Source: an uncultured Clostridium sp.
Lineage (GTDB): Bacteria; Bacillota_I; Bacilli_A; RF39; UBA660
Reading direction: 5' to 3'
DNA: 64,000 bases
Assembly (NCBI GenBank): GCA_946414595.1
Contig: CAMKPE010000010.1
Coordinates: forward strand, 134-64,133
Made by a program: the position numbers and the translations under genes. Position 1 is the stretch's first letter. Each line of letters begins with the position of its first letter. The notes under the pieces are model-generated. The model was not told the origin of the DNA and made no database searches. It saw only the letters and a program-made list of their open reading frames with translations. Of this stretch, positions 1 to 9,703 are shown piece after piece.

Positions 1-309
1 TTAGGAGTGACTGATCAATCATCATCAGTTACGGCTTTCCTTGATAAATATCCTGATGATTATAGTGGTTGGAGTGAATCAAATAGAGCTTTTTTAGAAG
101 AACAACAAAAAATTTGGTCTGATTTAATGGAAAACGCTAACCATGGAAAAAATGCTGTAGATATTGCAAATCAGGATAAATATAATTCAACTAGCTCTCC
201 TATAGAAAGAGTTATGCAACAGGCAGAAATATTAAATAATGCCAACCCTAACCCAGATAGAAATGCTGTAGATATTGCAAATCAATATATTAATAATAAC
301 AATAATTAA
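1..309 (+). CDS. 3' end of a hypothetical protein whose 5' end lies upstream of the window. C-terminus has two copies of an RNAVDIANQ motif and an Asn-rich tail.
   Basis: Open frame from position 1 (in frame with ATG at 7) to stop at 307-309. Followed by a hairpin terminator. Confidence 0.4.
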   Translation, partial: LGVTDQSSSVTAFLDKYPDDYSGWSESNRAFLEEQQKIWSDLMENANHGKNAVDIANQDKYNSTSSPIERVMQQAEILNNANPNPDRNAVDIANQYINNNNN

Positions 310-310
310 A

Positions 311-335
311 AAGAGACATAAGTCTCTTTTTTTAT
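311..335. terminator. Bidirectional rho-independent terminator: hairpin agagac-ataa-gtctct flanked by an A-run and a T-run.
   Basis: Inverted repeat seen directly, with T-run on plus and A-run on the other side. Sits between convergent genes 7..309 (+) and 332..1228 (-). Confidence 0.5.
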
Positions 336-1228
336 ACTCTTTTTTTAATACTATCGCTTAAGCATACTTCATGATCTTTATCACGAACATATACTTTTCT
401 ATCTTTAAAGAAATCTCTAGGTACCCTACCTATTTGATCTTCAAATGCATCTATCTTATCTACTTTAGCAACCCATTCTGATCCAAATATAATGCTTGGC
501 TTTCCATCTACTAATTTAAAATCTACTACTGGTTCAAATTTCTTTGCATCAGATGAATAAATAGATACTGGTCTTTTTAACATAACACTTTCTGGATCAT
601 CTATTTCTACAATTGGATTATCCGGATAATGTATTTCATTGTTTCTTGATACCATTCCACTAGGATTACATACTGCTCTCATTGAATATGCGATTAAATC
701 ATCATAATCTGACACTGCAAATACTCCATCTACTATATCGTTATAATATTGATTTTCTCTATGATGGGATGCTTCTAAATAACCAAGACCCTGTTCAGGT
801 AATATAGTTTTCAAAGATCCTACTGTATTACTTGCAACTTCAGTACAAGCCTTTTTAAATTCATCTAATACTTTATATGCTGAATTAGGATCTGCTTTAC
901 TAACAAGTTCTAGAATATGTAAGAAGCTTTCTATATCAACATTATCATATCCATAATATTCTTTTATTTTCCTTTTTATTATTTCAGTTATATGTTCTAC
1001 AACTTCTTTTCTTCTTTCTTCGCTTCTTAAAGTATCACCTTTTGGTTTTGCACCTTTGTATGTTTCTAGTTTTCTACCTAAATATATTAACTCTAAATCT
1101 TGTAGTGATACTTTATCACACTTACTTAGTTTTTCTTCGTACTGTGTAACAAGTGCCTGTAATAGTCCTTGGCATTCATCCATTTTCTTTCTATCTAGCA
1201 TATTATCACTTACCCTTTCCTTCAACAT
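332..1228 (-). CDS. Hypothetical cytoplasmic protein, 298 aa. Its start overlaps the stop of the upstream HExxH gene, so the two are probably co-transcribed.
   Basis: Long ORF. 23-nt overlap with 1206..2312 suggests an operon. No recognisable motif. Confidence 0.45.
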   Translation of the reverse strand: MLKERVSDNMLDRKKMDECQGLLQALVTQYEEKLSKCDKVSLQDLELIYLGRKLETYKGAKPKGDTLRSEERRKEVVEHITEIIKRKIKEYYGYDNVDIESFLHILELVSKADPNSAYKVLDEFKKACTEVASNTVGSLKTILPEQGLGYLEASHHRENQYYNDIVDGVFAVSDYDDLIAYSMRAVCNPSGMVSRNNEIHYPDNPIVEIDDPESVMLKRPVSIYSSDAKKFEPVVDFKLVDGKPSIIFGSEWVAKVDKIDAFEDQIGRVPRDFFKDRKVYVRDKDHEVCLSDSIKKRV

Positions 1229-2312
1229 CCTTTAACATATCTCTCATTTGCTTCATTTCATATTCACCTTCAATACCTAACATTATTCTTGCAAAGCTTA
1301 ATTCATCACTTTGTCCTGTGAAAAGCTTTTTACCATACATTACTCCACCAATAAGTCTATTAACAAAAGCTTTTTCTTCATCAAAGCTTTCTGCTTCAGT
1401 AATCTCCCCTCTTGCTTTTCTAGCGTTTTGCTTACTATAAAATATTTTAAGTAAGAACTTATTTATTTCTCTTAAGAAATATTTATTATATTCATAATAC
1501 TCTTTATCCATTTTTTTTGCACTTAATGATATATCCATATTAAATATAAAACGTCTTATTTCATCTTCAGATGCATATTGTTTTAATTCTTCTATTAAGC
1601 CATGTAAGTTACCAGTTAAGAATAACTTTTCCATTAATTCTTTTCCTACTACTAACTCTAATGATTCTGCTATTTGAACTTGAAGTTCATAAGCCTCCAT
1701 CATGGCATGTTTTTCACCAAAGTATCTTCTAGTCATTAATTCAGTATAACCTTCATTTAATCCAGATCCTACTGAAGTTTGTTTTCCATCTTTTTCTGTA
1801 ACATTTTGATGAAATCCTACTAAAGTTCCATTTTCTAAAAATATTGTACTAGCTAAATGAAATAATTCATGAAACATACATGAATAATCAGATACTTGTA
1901 TTTCTTGATCCACATCACTTCTAGGATCATAGTATCCACTATTATCATGTTTTAATGTATGAAAAAATCTCCTTCTTATATCTGCTTGATTTATATTTCT
2001 ATAAAAGTTATCTATTGCATCAGGAAAATACTTTTGTAATACTTCTACAAATTCATTTACTATTTCTCTTAAAGTCTTACTTTTAAATCTTTCAAGTTTA
2101 ACTTCTTGCATTGGTCTTTGTATAGACTTTGGTAATTCTAATACTGTTGTCTTTATTCCTGTAGATACTTTTGGTTCTGTTTTACTTAATTTCTTTTTTT
2201 CTACAGCATTAACAATAGCTATTATAGGACAGTAAATCTTAACTACACCACAAATAGCATCTTGAAAACTTAACTTTAAATCTAGCTTGTTTTGTTCTTG
2301 TTTAGTTGCCAT
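1206..2312 (-). CDS. Putative soluble gluzincin-type zinc metallopeptidase, 368 aa. Carries FHELFHLAS (HExxH) and a downstream GLNEGYTEL motif. Paralog of 3741..4733.
   Basis: HExxH plus a NEGY motif about 35 aa downstream, similar to the M1-family HExxH...NEGFA arrangement. Conserved blocks FYRNI, GxNEGYTxLxTxRYF, GKEL, LxGLIE shared with 3741..4733. No signal peptide. Confidence 0.5.
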   Translation of the reverse strand: MATKQEQNKLDLKLSFQDAICGVVKIYCPIIAIVNAVEKKKLSKTEPKVSTGIKTTVLELPKSIQRPMQEVKLERFKSKTLREIVNEFVEVLQKYFPDAIDNFYRNINQADIRRRFFHTLKHDNSGYYDPRSDVDQEIQVSDYSCMFHELFHLASTIFLENGTLVGFHQNVTEKDGKQTSVGSGLNEGYTELMTRRYFGEKHAMMEAYELQVQIAESLELVVGKELMEKLFLTGNLHGLIEELKQYASEDEIRRFIFNMDISLSAKKMDKEYYEYNKYFLREINKFLLKIFYSKQNARKARGEITEAESFDEEKAFVNRLIGGVMYGKKLFTGQSDELSFARIMLGIEGEYEMKQMRDMLKDVEGKGK

Positions 2313-2334
2313 AGAATCACCTACTATAATTATA

Positions 2335-2362
2335 ACACTAAAAAAGAGCTTTTAATAAAAGC
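2335..2362 (-). terminator. Rho-independent terminator downstream of the permease gene: agagctttt-att-aaaagctct plus T-run on the minus strand.
   Basis: Perfect 9-bp inverted repeat followed by TTTTT on the minus strand. Confidence 0.55.
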
Positions 2363-2363
2363 T

Positions 2364-3062
2364 CTATAATACATTTACACCTTTATTGTAAATATATCTA
2401 CCTAATATATATAGTAATATATCTGCAAATAATACTATTCCTATAGATATTATATTATTATCTAAATCATAAAAATATCCAATAGCAAGTCTTATTATTA
2501 AATATATTAATACTCCAAATACAAATGATAATAAGTCTTTACCTTTATCCATTTTATTTCCAAATATTAATCCAGTAATAAGTGACATAAATATTAAAGA
2601 AAATTGAACTGCTATAGTTATTATAAATATAAAGTTACTCTCTATTCCTGTATAGTTATCTAATAGTCTTGATACAAAAGAGAATACATTCTTTCCAGAA
2701 AATACATTTATAAAACATATTCCTAGTATTATCCATGATATTACTAAAGATAATATACTTACTAATACTTTAGAGTCATATAAATTACTTCTTTTTATTG
2801 GAAGAGTTAGAAATAAATAAGATTCTTCTCTAAATAGATTATTTCTTATTTTTAAATATACTTTAGAGAAAGGTAATATTATTATAAAAAACATTCCAAC
2901 AAGTGATAAGTCAGTACATACTTTCTTAGCTGCTACTATAGCATCATTTGAGTTATTTGCACACATAATAACTACATAAGAAAGTATTATACAAGATATA
3001 TATAATGGTATTAAATCTTTATTAACTGATTTAAAGTCATATTTAAATAGTTTTCTTAACAT
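2364..3062 (-). CDS. Multi-pass membrane protein, probably an ABC-2 type permease partner of the adjacent ATPase. 232 aa, about 6 TM helices.
   Basis: Highly hydrophobic with multiple TM-like segments. Overlaps the 3' end of ABC ATPase gene 3043..3738 (translational coupling). Confidence 0.5.
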   Translation of the reverse strand: MLRKLFKYDFKSVNKDLIPLYISCIILSYVVIMCANNSNDAIVAAKKVCTDLSLVGMFFIIILPFSKVYLKIRNNLFREESYLFLTLPIKRSNLYDSKVLVSILSLVISWIILGICFINVFSGKNVFSFVSRLLDNYTGIESNFIFIITIAVQFSLIFMSLITGLIFGNKMDKGKDLLSFVFGVLIYLIIRLAIGYFYDLDNNIISIGIVLFADILLYILGRYIYNKGVNVL

Positions 3063-3738
3063 TTGAATACCTCCTTAAAACACTTTTAATAGAAGTATTT
3101 AAATTTTTAACTTCTTTTTGTAATACAACTTTGCCTTTATCTAGAACTATTATTTCATTAAACACTTTTTCCATTTCATTTAATAAGTGAGTAGTAACAA
3201 TTAAAGTAGAATTCTTATCTATTTTATTTATTATTATATCTAAGATATATTCTCTTGTTATTGGATCTACTCCTGTTAATGGTTCATCTATTATGTATAA
3301 TGATGCATTTCTAGATATTACTAATAATAATTTTAATTTTTCTTTCATTCCCTTAGACATTTTATATATCTTTAAGTTTCTATCTATATCAAATTCATCT
3401 AAATATTTTATTGCTCTTTTATAGTTAAAGTTTTTATAAAAGTCATTATAGAATTCTATTATTTGTAATGCATTCATATTCTCATCTAGATATTCTTTAT
3501 CTGGTAAGTATGCTATATCATTTTTAGATTCTATTCCTAATTTCTTTCCTTTGAATAATATTTCTCCACTAGTAGGTGTTAATAAATCGTTTATTAGTTT
3601 TAATAAAGTAGTCTTCCCTGCTCCATTCATTCCTAATAAGCCAATTATTTTTCCTTTAGTTATTTTTAGATTTATATCATCAAGTACTACAAAAGATCCA
3701 TATTTCTTTGTTAGATGATTTATTTCTAATAAATCCAT
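3043..3738 (-). CDS. ABC transporter ATP-binding protein, 231 aa.
   Basis: Walker A GMNGAGKTT. ABC signature LSKGMKEKL. Walker B LYIIDEPLTGVD. Confidence 0.85.
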   Translation of the reverse strand: MDLLEINHLTKKYGSFVVLDDINLKITKGKIIGLLGMNGAGKTTLLKLINDLLTPTSGEILFKGKKLGIESKNDIAYLPDKEYLDENMNALQIIEFYNDFYKNFNYKRAIKYLDEFDIDRNLKIYKMSKGMKEKLKLLLVISRNASLYIIDEPLTGVDPITREYILDIIINKIDKNSTLIVTTHLLNEMEKVFNEIIVLDKGKVVLQKEVKNLNTSIKSVLRRYSNVKKTI

Positions 3739-3740
3739 AT

Positions 3741-4733
3741 TTATCTACTTCTTTCTTTTTCTACTCCATAGTTAACTGTATATTTATGTGGTCCTACATA
3801 TACTCTTGGTTCAAATACTGATAAGAACTCTGCATATTCTTTTGTTACTGTCTCTCTATCAATTAGTCCTTTTTCATATTCGTTTAATAGTTTATTCATA
3901 TATGTAGTTGCTAAAAACTCTTTAACTGAGTCAAGTGCTTTTTGCACTTTACCTCTGTTTCTAGTTACTATTTTGTTATCTTCTTTATGTATTGTATCTA
4001 AGTCTATTATAAATTGTTTTGCTTTCTCTGGGCTTGAGTATACTGCAAGACGATCAATTAAGCCTTGCAAGTCATTTGTAAAGTAACAGTTACGTAATTC
4101 TTCTTTACCTACTATTTTTTCAACACACTTGGCACATGTTATTTCTTTACTATATGTTTTAGATTTTCTTCCTTTGTTAAAGTATCTATCAGTAAGTAGT
4201 TGTGTATATCCTTCATTTATTCCATCTCCTATATCACTTTTTCTTAGTTTTTTATTTGGTGAATAAATAAAGTAATACTGACTTAATCCATCATAGTAAA
4301 TACCATCTTTGTATGACGCGCTTGCCATGTGAAATAGTTCATGAAACAAGTCATTCTTACCAATATATTCAATATAGTTTTTCAAAGCTGAATGATATGT
4401 ACTTCCATTAAATATACCAGATAGAGTTCTATTAACTCTTAATGTTGTTATATTTCTATAAAAGTTTGAAAGTATTTCTGGTGGAAAGTTTTCTACTAAT
4501 ACTCTACAAAAGAAATCTACATGTGCTTTTATTCTTGGGCTTTTTATGCCATGTTGTATTATTGTTGGTACAACTCGCTCTAAAGCTGGCGGTAAGGCTA
4601 CTAAATTGGCATTTTCATATTGCACATTTGGGTTAATTTGATATCTTTCATCACTACGATCAAACATACTGTCATATGCAGTTACATGAATTCCATCATA
4701 AACGCTTGATTCTTCAGTTGCTTCCAATGCCAT
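3741..4733 (-). CDS. Putative soluble gluzincin-type zinc metallopeptidase, 330 aa. Carries FHELFHMAS and GINEGYTQLLTDRYF. Paralog of 1206..2312.
   Basis: HExxH plus NEGY motifs. Shared blocks with 1206..2312. No signal peptide. Confidence 0.5.
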   Translation of the reverse strand: MALEATEESSVYDGIHVTAYDSMFDRSDERYQINPNVQYENANLVALPPALERVVPTIIQHGIKSPRIKAHVDFFCRVLVENFPPEILSNFYRNITTLRVNRTLSGIFNGSTYHSALKNYIEYIGKNDLFHELFHMASASYKDGIYYDGLSQYYFIYSPNKKLRKSDIGDGINEGYTQLLTDRYFNKGRKSKTYSKEITCAKCVEKIVGKEELRNCYFTNDLQGLIDRLAVYSSPEKAKQFIIDLDTIHKEDNKIVTRNRGKVQKALDSVKEFLATTYMNKLLNEYEKGLIDRETVTKEYAEFLSVFEPRVYVGPHKYTVNYGVEKERSR

Positions 4734-4747
4734 TTTAGCACCTCCTT

Positions 4748-5719
4748 TTATTTATTCTTTTTTGTATTGATCAAAAACAATTCAAATAATTGTCTATGTT
4801 TTTTAACAACAACTTGTAGAATGATTCCACATACATAAGTAAGTATTGAAATCATTAACATAAATCCAGAGAATATTAATGTTGGGAATCTAGGAACAAG
4901 TCCTGTATCAAAATATTCTATAAATACTGGTATTCCAAATATTAAAGATATTATTAAGAATATTGTTCCAACAAGACTAAAGAATATTGCTGGTTTGTAT
5001 TCTTTAAACAATCTAGCAATTGTTTTTAATACTTTAAATCCATCACTATAAGTGTTTAATTTAGATACACTTCCCTTTGGTCTATCTCTATACTCTACTG
5101 GTATTTCTTTTAATAAGAAATTCTTATCTAAAGCATGTATAGTCATTTCTGTTTCTATTTCAAATCCCTTAGATAATACTGGGAATGTTTTTACAAAGTC
5201 ATAACTAAATGCTCTATATCCAGTCATTATATCTCTTATCTTACTTTTAAATAACGTATTTATAAGTCCTCTTACTAGTCTATTTCCAAAGTTATGGAAA
5301 GGTCTTTTATTTTCTTTAAAATATGTTGAAGATAGTCTATCTCCAATAACCATATCTGCTTGTCCTTTTAATACATATTCACACATTTCTCTTGCGTTTT
5401 CTTTTGGATATGTATCATCACCATCAATCATTAAATAACAATCAGCATCTATATCTTTAAACATAGATCTAATAACATTCCCTTTTCCTTGTTTATATTC
5501 GTATTTAACAATTGCTCCGGCCTTTCTTGCTATCTCATCAGTACCGTCCTTAGAATTATTATCATAAACATATATATCTGCTTCAGGTAATACTTCTTTA
5601 TAATCTTTAACTACTTTTTCAATTGTTTTACTCTCGTTATAACAAGGTATTAAAACAGCTATCTTCTTCCCCTCAAAAACATTATCCTTTTTTGTTTCTT
5701 TTGCTTGTTTTGCTTTCAT
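4748..5719 (-). CDS. GT2 family glycosyltransferase, GtrB/DPM1-like polyprenyl-phosphate sugar transferase. Has C-terminal TM helices.
   Basis: IPCYNES...DGDDTYP GT-A motifs (DXD). C-terminal hydrophobic segments typical of GtrB. 323 aa. Confidence 0.8.
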   Translation of the reverse strand: MKAKQAKETKKDNVFEGKKIAVLIPCYNESKTIEKVVKDYKEVLPEADIYVYDNNSKDGTDEIARKAGAIVKYEYKQGKGNVIRSMFKDIDADCYLMIDGDDTYPKENAREMCEYVLKGQADMVIGDRLSSTYFKENKRPFHNFGNRLVRGLINTLFKSKIRDIMTGYRAFSYDFVKTFPVLSKGFEIETEMTIHALDKNFLLKEIPVEYRDRPKGSVSKLNTYSDGFKVLKTIARLFKEYKPAIFFSLVGTIFLIISLIFGIPVFIEYFDTGLVPRFPTLIFSGFMLMISILTYVCGIILQVVVKKHRQLFELFLINTKKNK

Positions 5720-6983
5720 TTATATTTTTCCTTTCTAAATCTATAATTGACACTATACTTGCAAGGATTGCAAATATAGTAATTATTAATATTCTATGAG
5801 TAAAGAATGCATGTATATAAGAATGATTTCCAGTAACAGTAAACCATGCAAATGGTATACATGCTATTAATAAATATGGAACTATCTTTAATAGTTTTTC
5901 TTTTGTTATTTTATCTTTATTAATTATAAATAAGATTATTGCAAATAATATGAATAACAATAGTATTACTACATATGGTTTATTCATAATTATATCTAAG
6001 TTCTTTCTTATTACACTAAAAGGTGTAATGTTAGTCTCTTGAGCTTCTAAAGATGTTCTTGTCTCTATTGCACCTAAAGCAGACTTAAACATGTTATCAA
6101 ATGTAAGTATTGTTCCAAATAAGAACTTACCTACCCACATTCCAATGTAACCAACACCCCACATAAAAGAGTTAGCAACAAGACTTTTAACATTTGTCCA
6201 TAAGTCTTTTTCTTCTTTTAATATGAAATAAACAATTAATGGGAATCCTAAAGTTACAAGTGGATAAGTTAAGAAATCCATATAACTAGTTATTATTCCT
6301 ACAATTAAGAAGTAATATATATAACTATTATTCAATTTCAATTTATCATCAAGAAGTAATAATGCAATTAAACTTATATTAGTTATATAAAAGATTGTTG
6401 AATACTGAAGTGACATCATCACTATTGATGGATTAACCATAAGTATTGATATTAAATATGGAATTATATATTTCTCTTTTTTCTTTTTAAATAATAATAT
6501 TGCTACAAGTGCTATTAATATAGGTTGTATTATTGTATTTAATAATCTTATATTGGAGTAATTAAAGAACATTAATACGGGTTTTAATACTACTAAATAA
6601 CCATGCCAATAACGATCATATGAAGACAAATGAATTTCTTCTTCATTACTAAATATATTAGAAAGAGCTTTAACTGCATCATCTTCATCAATTGAATATC
6701 TATATACATGCATTGCTTTATCAAGCACGTTTTCATTTCCATCATATATTGCATTAGCAAGCATTATTGAATCAGTATAGTTATCAAGCTTAGTGTTTTC
6801 AACACCTTCAATAACTTCTTTATATTTACCTTCTTGTTCTAATAATGAAACAGAAGATTCAACATGTCCTTTCATTCTTCCTGTTGGAAGTAAGTAAACT
6901 CCAAGTAGTAATATAATACCTATTCCTATACTACTTAAAAGAATTAATAAAGTTTTACAAATCTTCTTTTTCATAATACTCAC
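5682..6983 (-). CDS. Large polytopic membrane protein, 433 aa. Candidate GT-C type membrane glycosyltransferase partnering the GtrB-like gene.
   Basis: More than 10 predicted TM helices. 38-nt overlap with the downstream GtrB-like gene. Gene-order analogy to gtrB/gtrC. No specific motif recognised. Confidence 0.4.
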   Translation of the reverse strand: MSIMKKKICKTLLILLSSIGIGIILLLGVYLLPTGRMKGHVESSVSLLEQEGKYKEVIEGVENTKLDNYTDSIMLANAIYDGNENVLDKAMHVYRYSIDEDDAVKALSNIFSNEEEIHLSSYDRYWHGYLVVLKPVLMFFNYSNIRLLNTIIQPILIALVAILLFKKKKEKYIIPYLISILMVNPSIVMMSLQYSTIFYITNISLIALLLLDDKLKLNNSYIYYFLIVGIITSYMDFLTYPLVTLGFPLIVYFILKEEKDLWTNVKSLVANSFMWGVGYIGMWVGKFLFGTILTFDNMFKSALGAIETRTSLEAQETNITPFSVIRKNLDIIMNKPYVVILLLFILFAIILFIINKDKITKEKLLKIVPYLLIACIPFAWFTVTGNHSYIHAFFTHRILIITIFAILASIVSIIDLERKNINESKTSKRNKKG

Positions 6984-7026
6984 CTGTACTTATATTATAC
7001 TATATATTAGTATTATTTTATATCAT

Positions 7027-7051
7027 AAAAAAAGTACCTAAAGGTACTTTT
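7027..7051 (-). terminator. Rho-independent terminator after the AAA+ gene: aaagtacc-ttta-ggtacttt plus T-run on the minus strand.
   Basis: Perfect inverted repeat seen directly. Overlaps the stop codon. Confidence 0.5.
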
Positions 7052-8528
7052 ATTCTAATTCAAATTTTCTATGATCATCAACAGTTTTTCTTGTTAATAC
7101 TAGTCTTTTAAATGTGCTATTTGGATTTTCAAGTATTGCTTTCTCTGCTGGGTCTATTACTCTTCCAACAAAGTTATTTAAGTTTCTCATTCCTGTTGAT
7201 TCTTGTTCAAGTCTTTCAAATATTGCATCAACAAAATCATCAGTTGCTGTTAAGTCTATTCCAAATTGTTCTTTATATCTTTTTCTTTTATCAGCAAGTA
7301 TACTTGTTGGTTTACTTACTAATATTTCTCTTTTTGTATCTAAATCTAGACTATTATATATTAATAGTGTTTTTATTCTTGATATTTCTTCATCTGTGAA
7401 ATATCCTTTTTCTATTATTTTTCTTTTTAATTCTTCTGGTGTAAGTATTGCTGCTTTTCTTGTTTCTTGACCAAATCCTAAACCTTTTTCAGGTTCTAAT
7501 ATACGTTCAAAAACACCTAAACAAGCAATTGTTAATAAACATGTATCAAATGGTTCTTCCATTCCATCTAAATGGAATACTTCACGTCCATCTAAGAATG
7601 TTAATAGTCCATCTTTAACTCCATCTGCTGCAACAGAACCTTGATTATCTAATTTATCAAATTCATCTAGTAAGAAGATTCCTCTTTCTGCTCTTTCTTT
7701 ATTCTTTCCTGAATCTTTATATAAATCAAATAATAAGCTTTCTATTGTTTTTCCTCTAATACCAGTTCTTACTAATTTAGAAGAGTTATATTTTACAAAA
7801 GGCACCCCCATATATCTAGCAGCAATTTCAAATGTTTCTGTTTTACCAGTTCCAGATGGTCCAGCTACTAAAATAGATGAAACCATATCTCCTTTTCTTG
7901 CTATATAGTTCATATATAGTTTTTGAGCAATTGTTTCTATTTCTTCATCATGCCCTAATATATATTCTTTAATAGCATCTCTAATACCAGGATAAGTTAT
8001 TTCTTTACTTAATCCATCATGCTTTATATTAGTAACTTCATCTTTAGCTTCTTCAACATCAGGTTTAGCTTCTGGAATAATCTCAGTTAATACACCACTT
8101 ACTTCTTCTTTAGTAGAACACTTTGCAAGTTTTTCAAGTACTGCATCATTTATTACTACAGATGATACTCCTTTTTTAGTATCTAACTCTACTACTCTTA
8201 AATTGTTTTTATCAGTTGAATCAACATAAAGAATTCTTTCTTTATTATCTTCAAAGAATTTTTTAGCAAGTAAGTCTGTATCTTCATCATAATTATATTC
8301 AGTCTCTAAATCTTCTGTATCATGAACATTACTTATTACATATCTATGATATAAGTCCATTTTGTGATTTAATATTGGAATTAATCCTTCATCTGTTGAA
8401 AACATTGTTCTATCAGATAATCCACCTTCAACAGATACTGGAAACAATACATAATTAGTACCACTTAATTTAAAAACACGATATTTAATTCCATATTCAT
8501 AAGTCTTATTTGTAACCATAAACCCCAC
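7050..8528 (-). CDS. Orphan AAA+ ATPase with HslU/ClpX-like nucleotide-binding domain and about 210-aa unique N-terminal domain. 492 aa.
   Basis: Walker A ILVAGPSGTGKTE. ClpX/HslU-like spacing to FVKYNSSKLV and Walker B LLDEFDKL. Own RBS aggtgggg, flanked by terminators on both sides. Confidence 0.6.
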   Translation of the reverse strand: MGFMVTNKTYEYGIKYRVFKLSGTNYVLFPVSVEGGLSDRTMFSTDEGLIPILNHKMDLYHRYVISNVHDTEDLETEYNYDEDTDLLAKKFFEDNKERILYVDSTDKNNLRVVELDTKKGVSSVVINDAVLEKLAKCSTKEEVSGVLTEIIPEAKPDVEEAKDEVTNIKHDGLSKEITYPGIRDAIKEYILGHDEEIETIAQKLYMNYIARKGDMVSSILVAGPSGTGKTETFEIAARYMGVPFVKYNSSKLVRTGIRGKTIESLLFDLYKDSGKNKERAERGIFLLDEFDKLDNQGSVAADGVKDGLLTFLDGREVFHLDGMEEPFDTCLLTIACLGVFERILEPEKGLGFGQETRKAAILTPEELKRKIIEKGYFTDEEISRIKTLLIYNSLDLDTKREILVSKPTSILADKRKRYKEQFGIDLTATDDFVDAIFERLEQESTGMRNLNNFVGRVIDPAEKAILENPNSTFKRLVLTRKTVDDHRKFELE

Positions 8529-8554
8529 CTAGTGGTTTATTATATATTAATATT

Positions 8555-8582
8555 AAAAAAATTGCTATATAAAATAGCAATT
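8555..8582 (-). terminator. Rho-independent terminator after the CYTH gene: aattgctat-tttata-tagcaatt plus T-run on the minus strand.
   Basis: Inverted repeat plus A-run on plus strand, seen directly. Confidence 0.5.
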
Positions 8583-9117
8583 ATTCAAATCTTAATTCTT
8601 TTATATCATTTACATTAATATTATATATTTCTTCATATATACTTTGACAATTTAAATTAGTAATCTTATCTTTATCTATTTCTAGAAGTTCTTCAACTTC
8701 TTTAATAGACTTGATATTTTTTCCTTCAAACTCTACATAAGTAGGTATTAATGGCCAAGAATCTATATCTATTTCAACATCATTAAGAATATATCTTATT
8801 CTTTTATTTTCCTGATATGCTCTTTTTTTGTATCCTAGTATATTTAACATTTCGTTAGTATCTTCAAAACTAGATACTTCTATTTCTAATTCTTTAGTTC
8901 CATCAATGCTATTTTCTTCTACATTCTTATATGTAAGTGTAATACTTTTACCTGTGTCTCTTAATCTAATCCATTCATTTTCTCTTACTGGATTAAAGTC
9001 ATATACATATCTTTTTTGAAACCAATCCCCAACAAAAGTGGCATTTAATTTTTTTAGTTTCTTAATTAGCTTCTCTTTATCTACTTCTAATACTCTTTCT
9101 TCTATCTCTTTATGCAT
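8581..9117 (-). CDS. CYTH-domain protein (class IV adenylate cyclase / triphosphatase-like fold).
   Basis: N-terminal HKEIEERVLEV resembles the CYTH EIERKF motif. About 175 aa, acidic and beta-rich. Start moved to the internal Met (MHKEIE), which abuts the apt stop. Confidence 0.6.
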   Translation of the reverse strand: MHKEIEERVLEVDKEKLIKKLKKLNATFVGDWFQKRYVYDFNPVRENEWIRLRDTGKSITLTYKNVEENSIDGTKELEIEVSSFEDTNEMLNILGYKKRAYQENKRIRYILNDVEIDIDSWPLIPTYVEFEGKNIKSIKEVEELLEIDKDKITNLNCQSIYEEIYNINVNDIKELRFE

Positions 9118-9118
9118 A

Positions 9119-9703
9119 TTACTCTTCATTTATGTCTATTAAAGAGAATAATTCTTTATTATCATTTAACTCTTTAATATTCATAACAACTCCTTCCCCT
9201 ACTACTTTTCCTCCTAAGGATTCTATAGCTTCTTTGATTACTTTTAAAGTATTACCAGTAGCATATATATCATCAAGCAAATAAAACTTTTTATTTTTAT
9301 AACTAGTATTAACAAGTTTAGGAAGCTCTAAAGTATCTTTTCCATATTCTTTTACATAATCAAAACCTAACTCTACTGTACTAGGAGCAAGCTTTCCTTT
9401 CTTTCTTACTGGAATAAGTCCAACATTAAGTTTATATGCTACCATTGATCCAAATAAGAATCCTCTTGCTTCAGGAGCAACAATATAATCGATATCTTTA
9501 TCTTTTAATTCTAAATAAAACTTTTCAGTTATTTCATTTAAAGTATCTTTATTAAGAATTAAAGGATTAATATCCACAAATTCTATTCCTTTAATAGGAA
9601 AATCTTTCTCTGTTCTAATATTTAAGTCTCTTTTCAAGTCATTCTTAAGAATAATCATAATATCACCCAATTTGATTATAACAAGAAAAAAAGAGTTATG
9701 CAC
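9119..9703 (-). CDS. apt: Adenine phosphoribosyltransferase. Start may be the internal Met at 9658.
   Basis: VAPEARGFLFGSMVAYKLNVGLIPVRKKGKL and the PRPP-binding loop YLLDDIYATGNT align with B. subtilis Apt. Confidence 0.75.
   Translation of the reverse strand: MHNSFFLVIIKLGDIMIILKNDLKRDLNIRTEKDFPIKGIEFVDINPLILNKDTLNEITEKFYLELKDKDIDYIVAPEARGFLFGSMVAYKLNVGLIPVRKKGKLAPSTVELGFDYVKEYGKDTLELPKLVNTSYKNKKFYLLDDIYATGNTLKVIKEAIESLGGKVVGEGVVMNIKELNDNKELFSLIDINEE

Noticed and set aside
7112-7470. Plus-strand ORFs inside the AAA+ ATPase gene.
   Set aside because: Antisense to a motif-supported gene. Hydrophobic low-complexity typical of AT-rich antisense frames.
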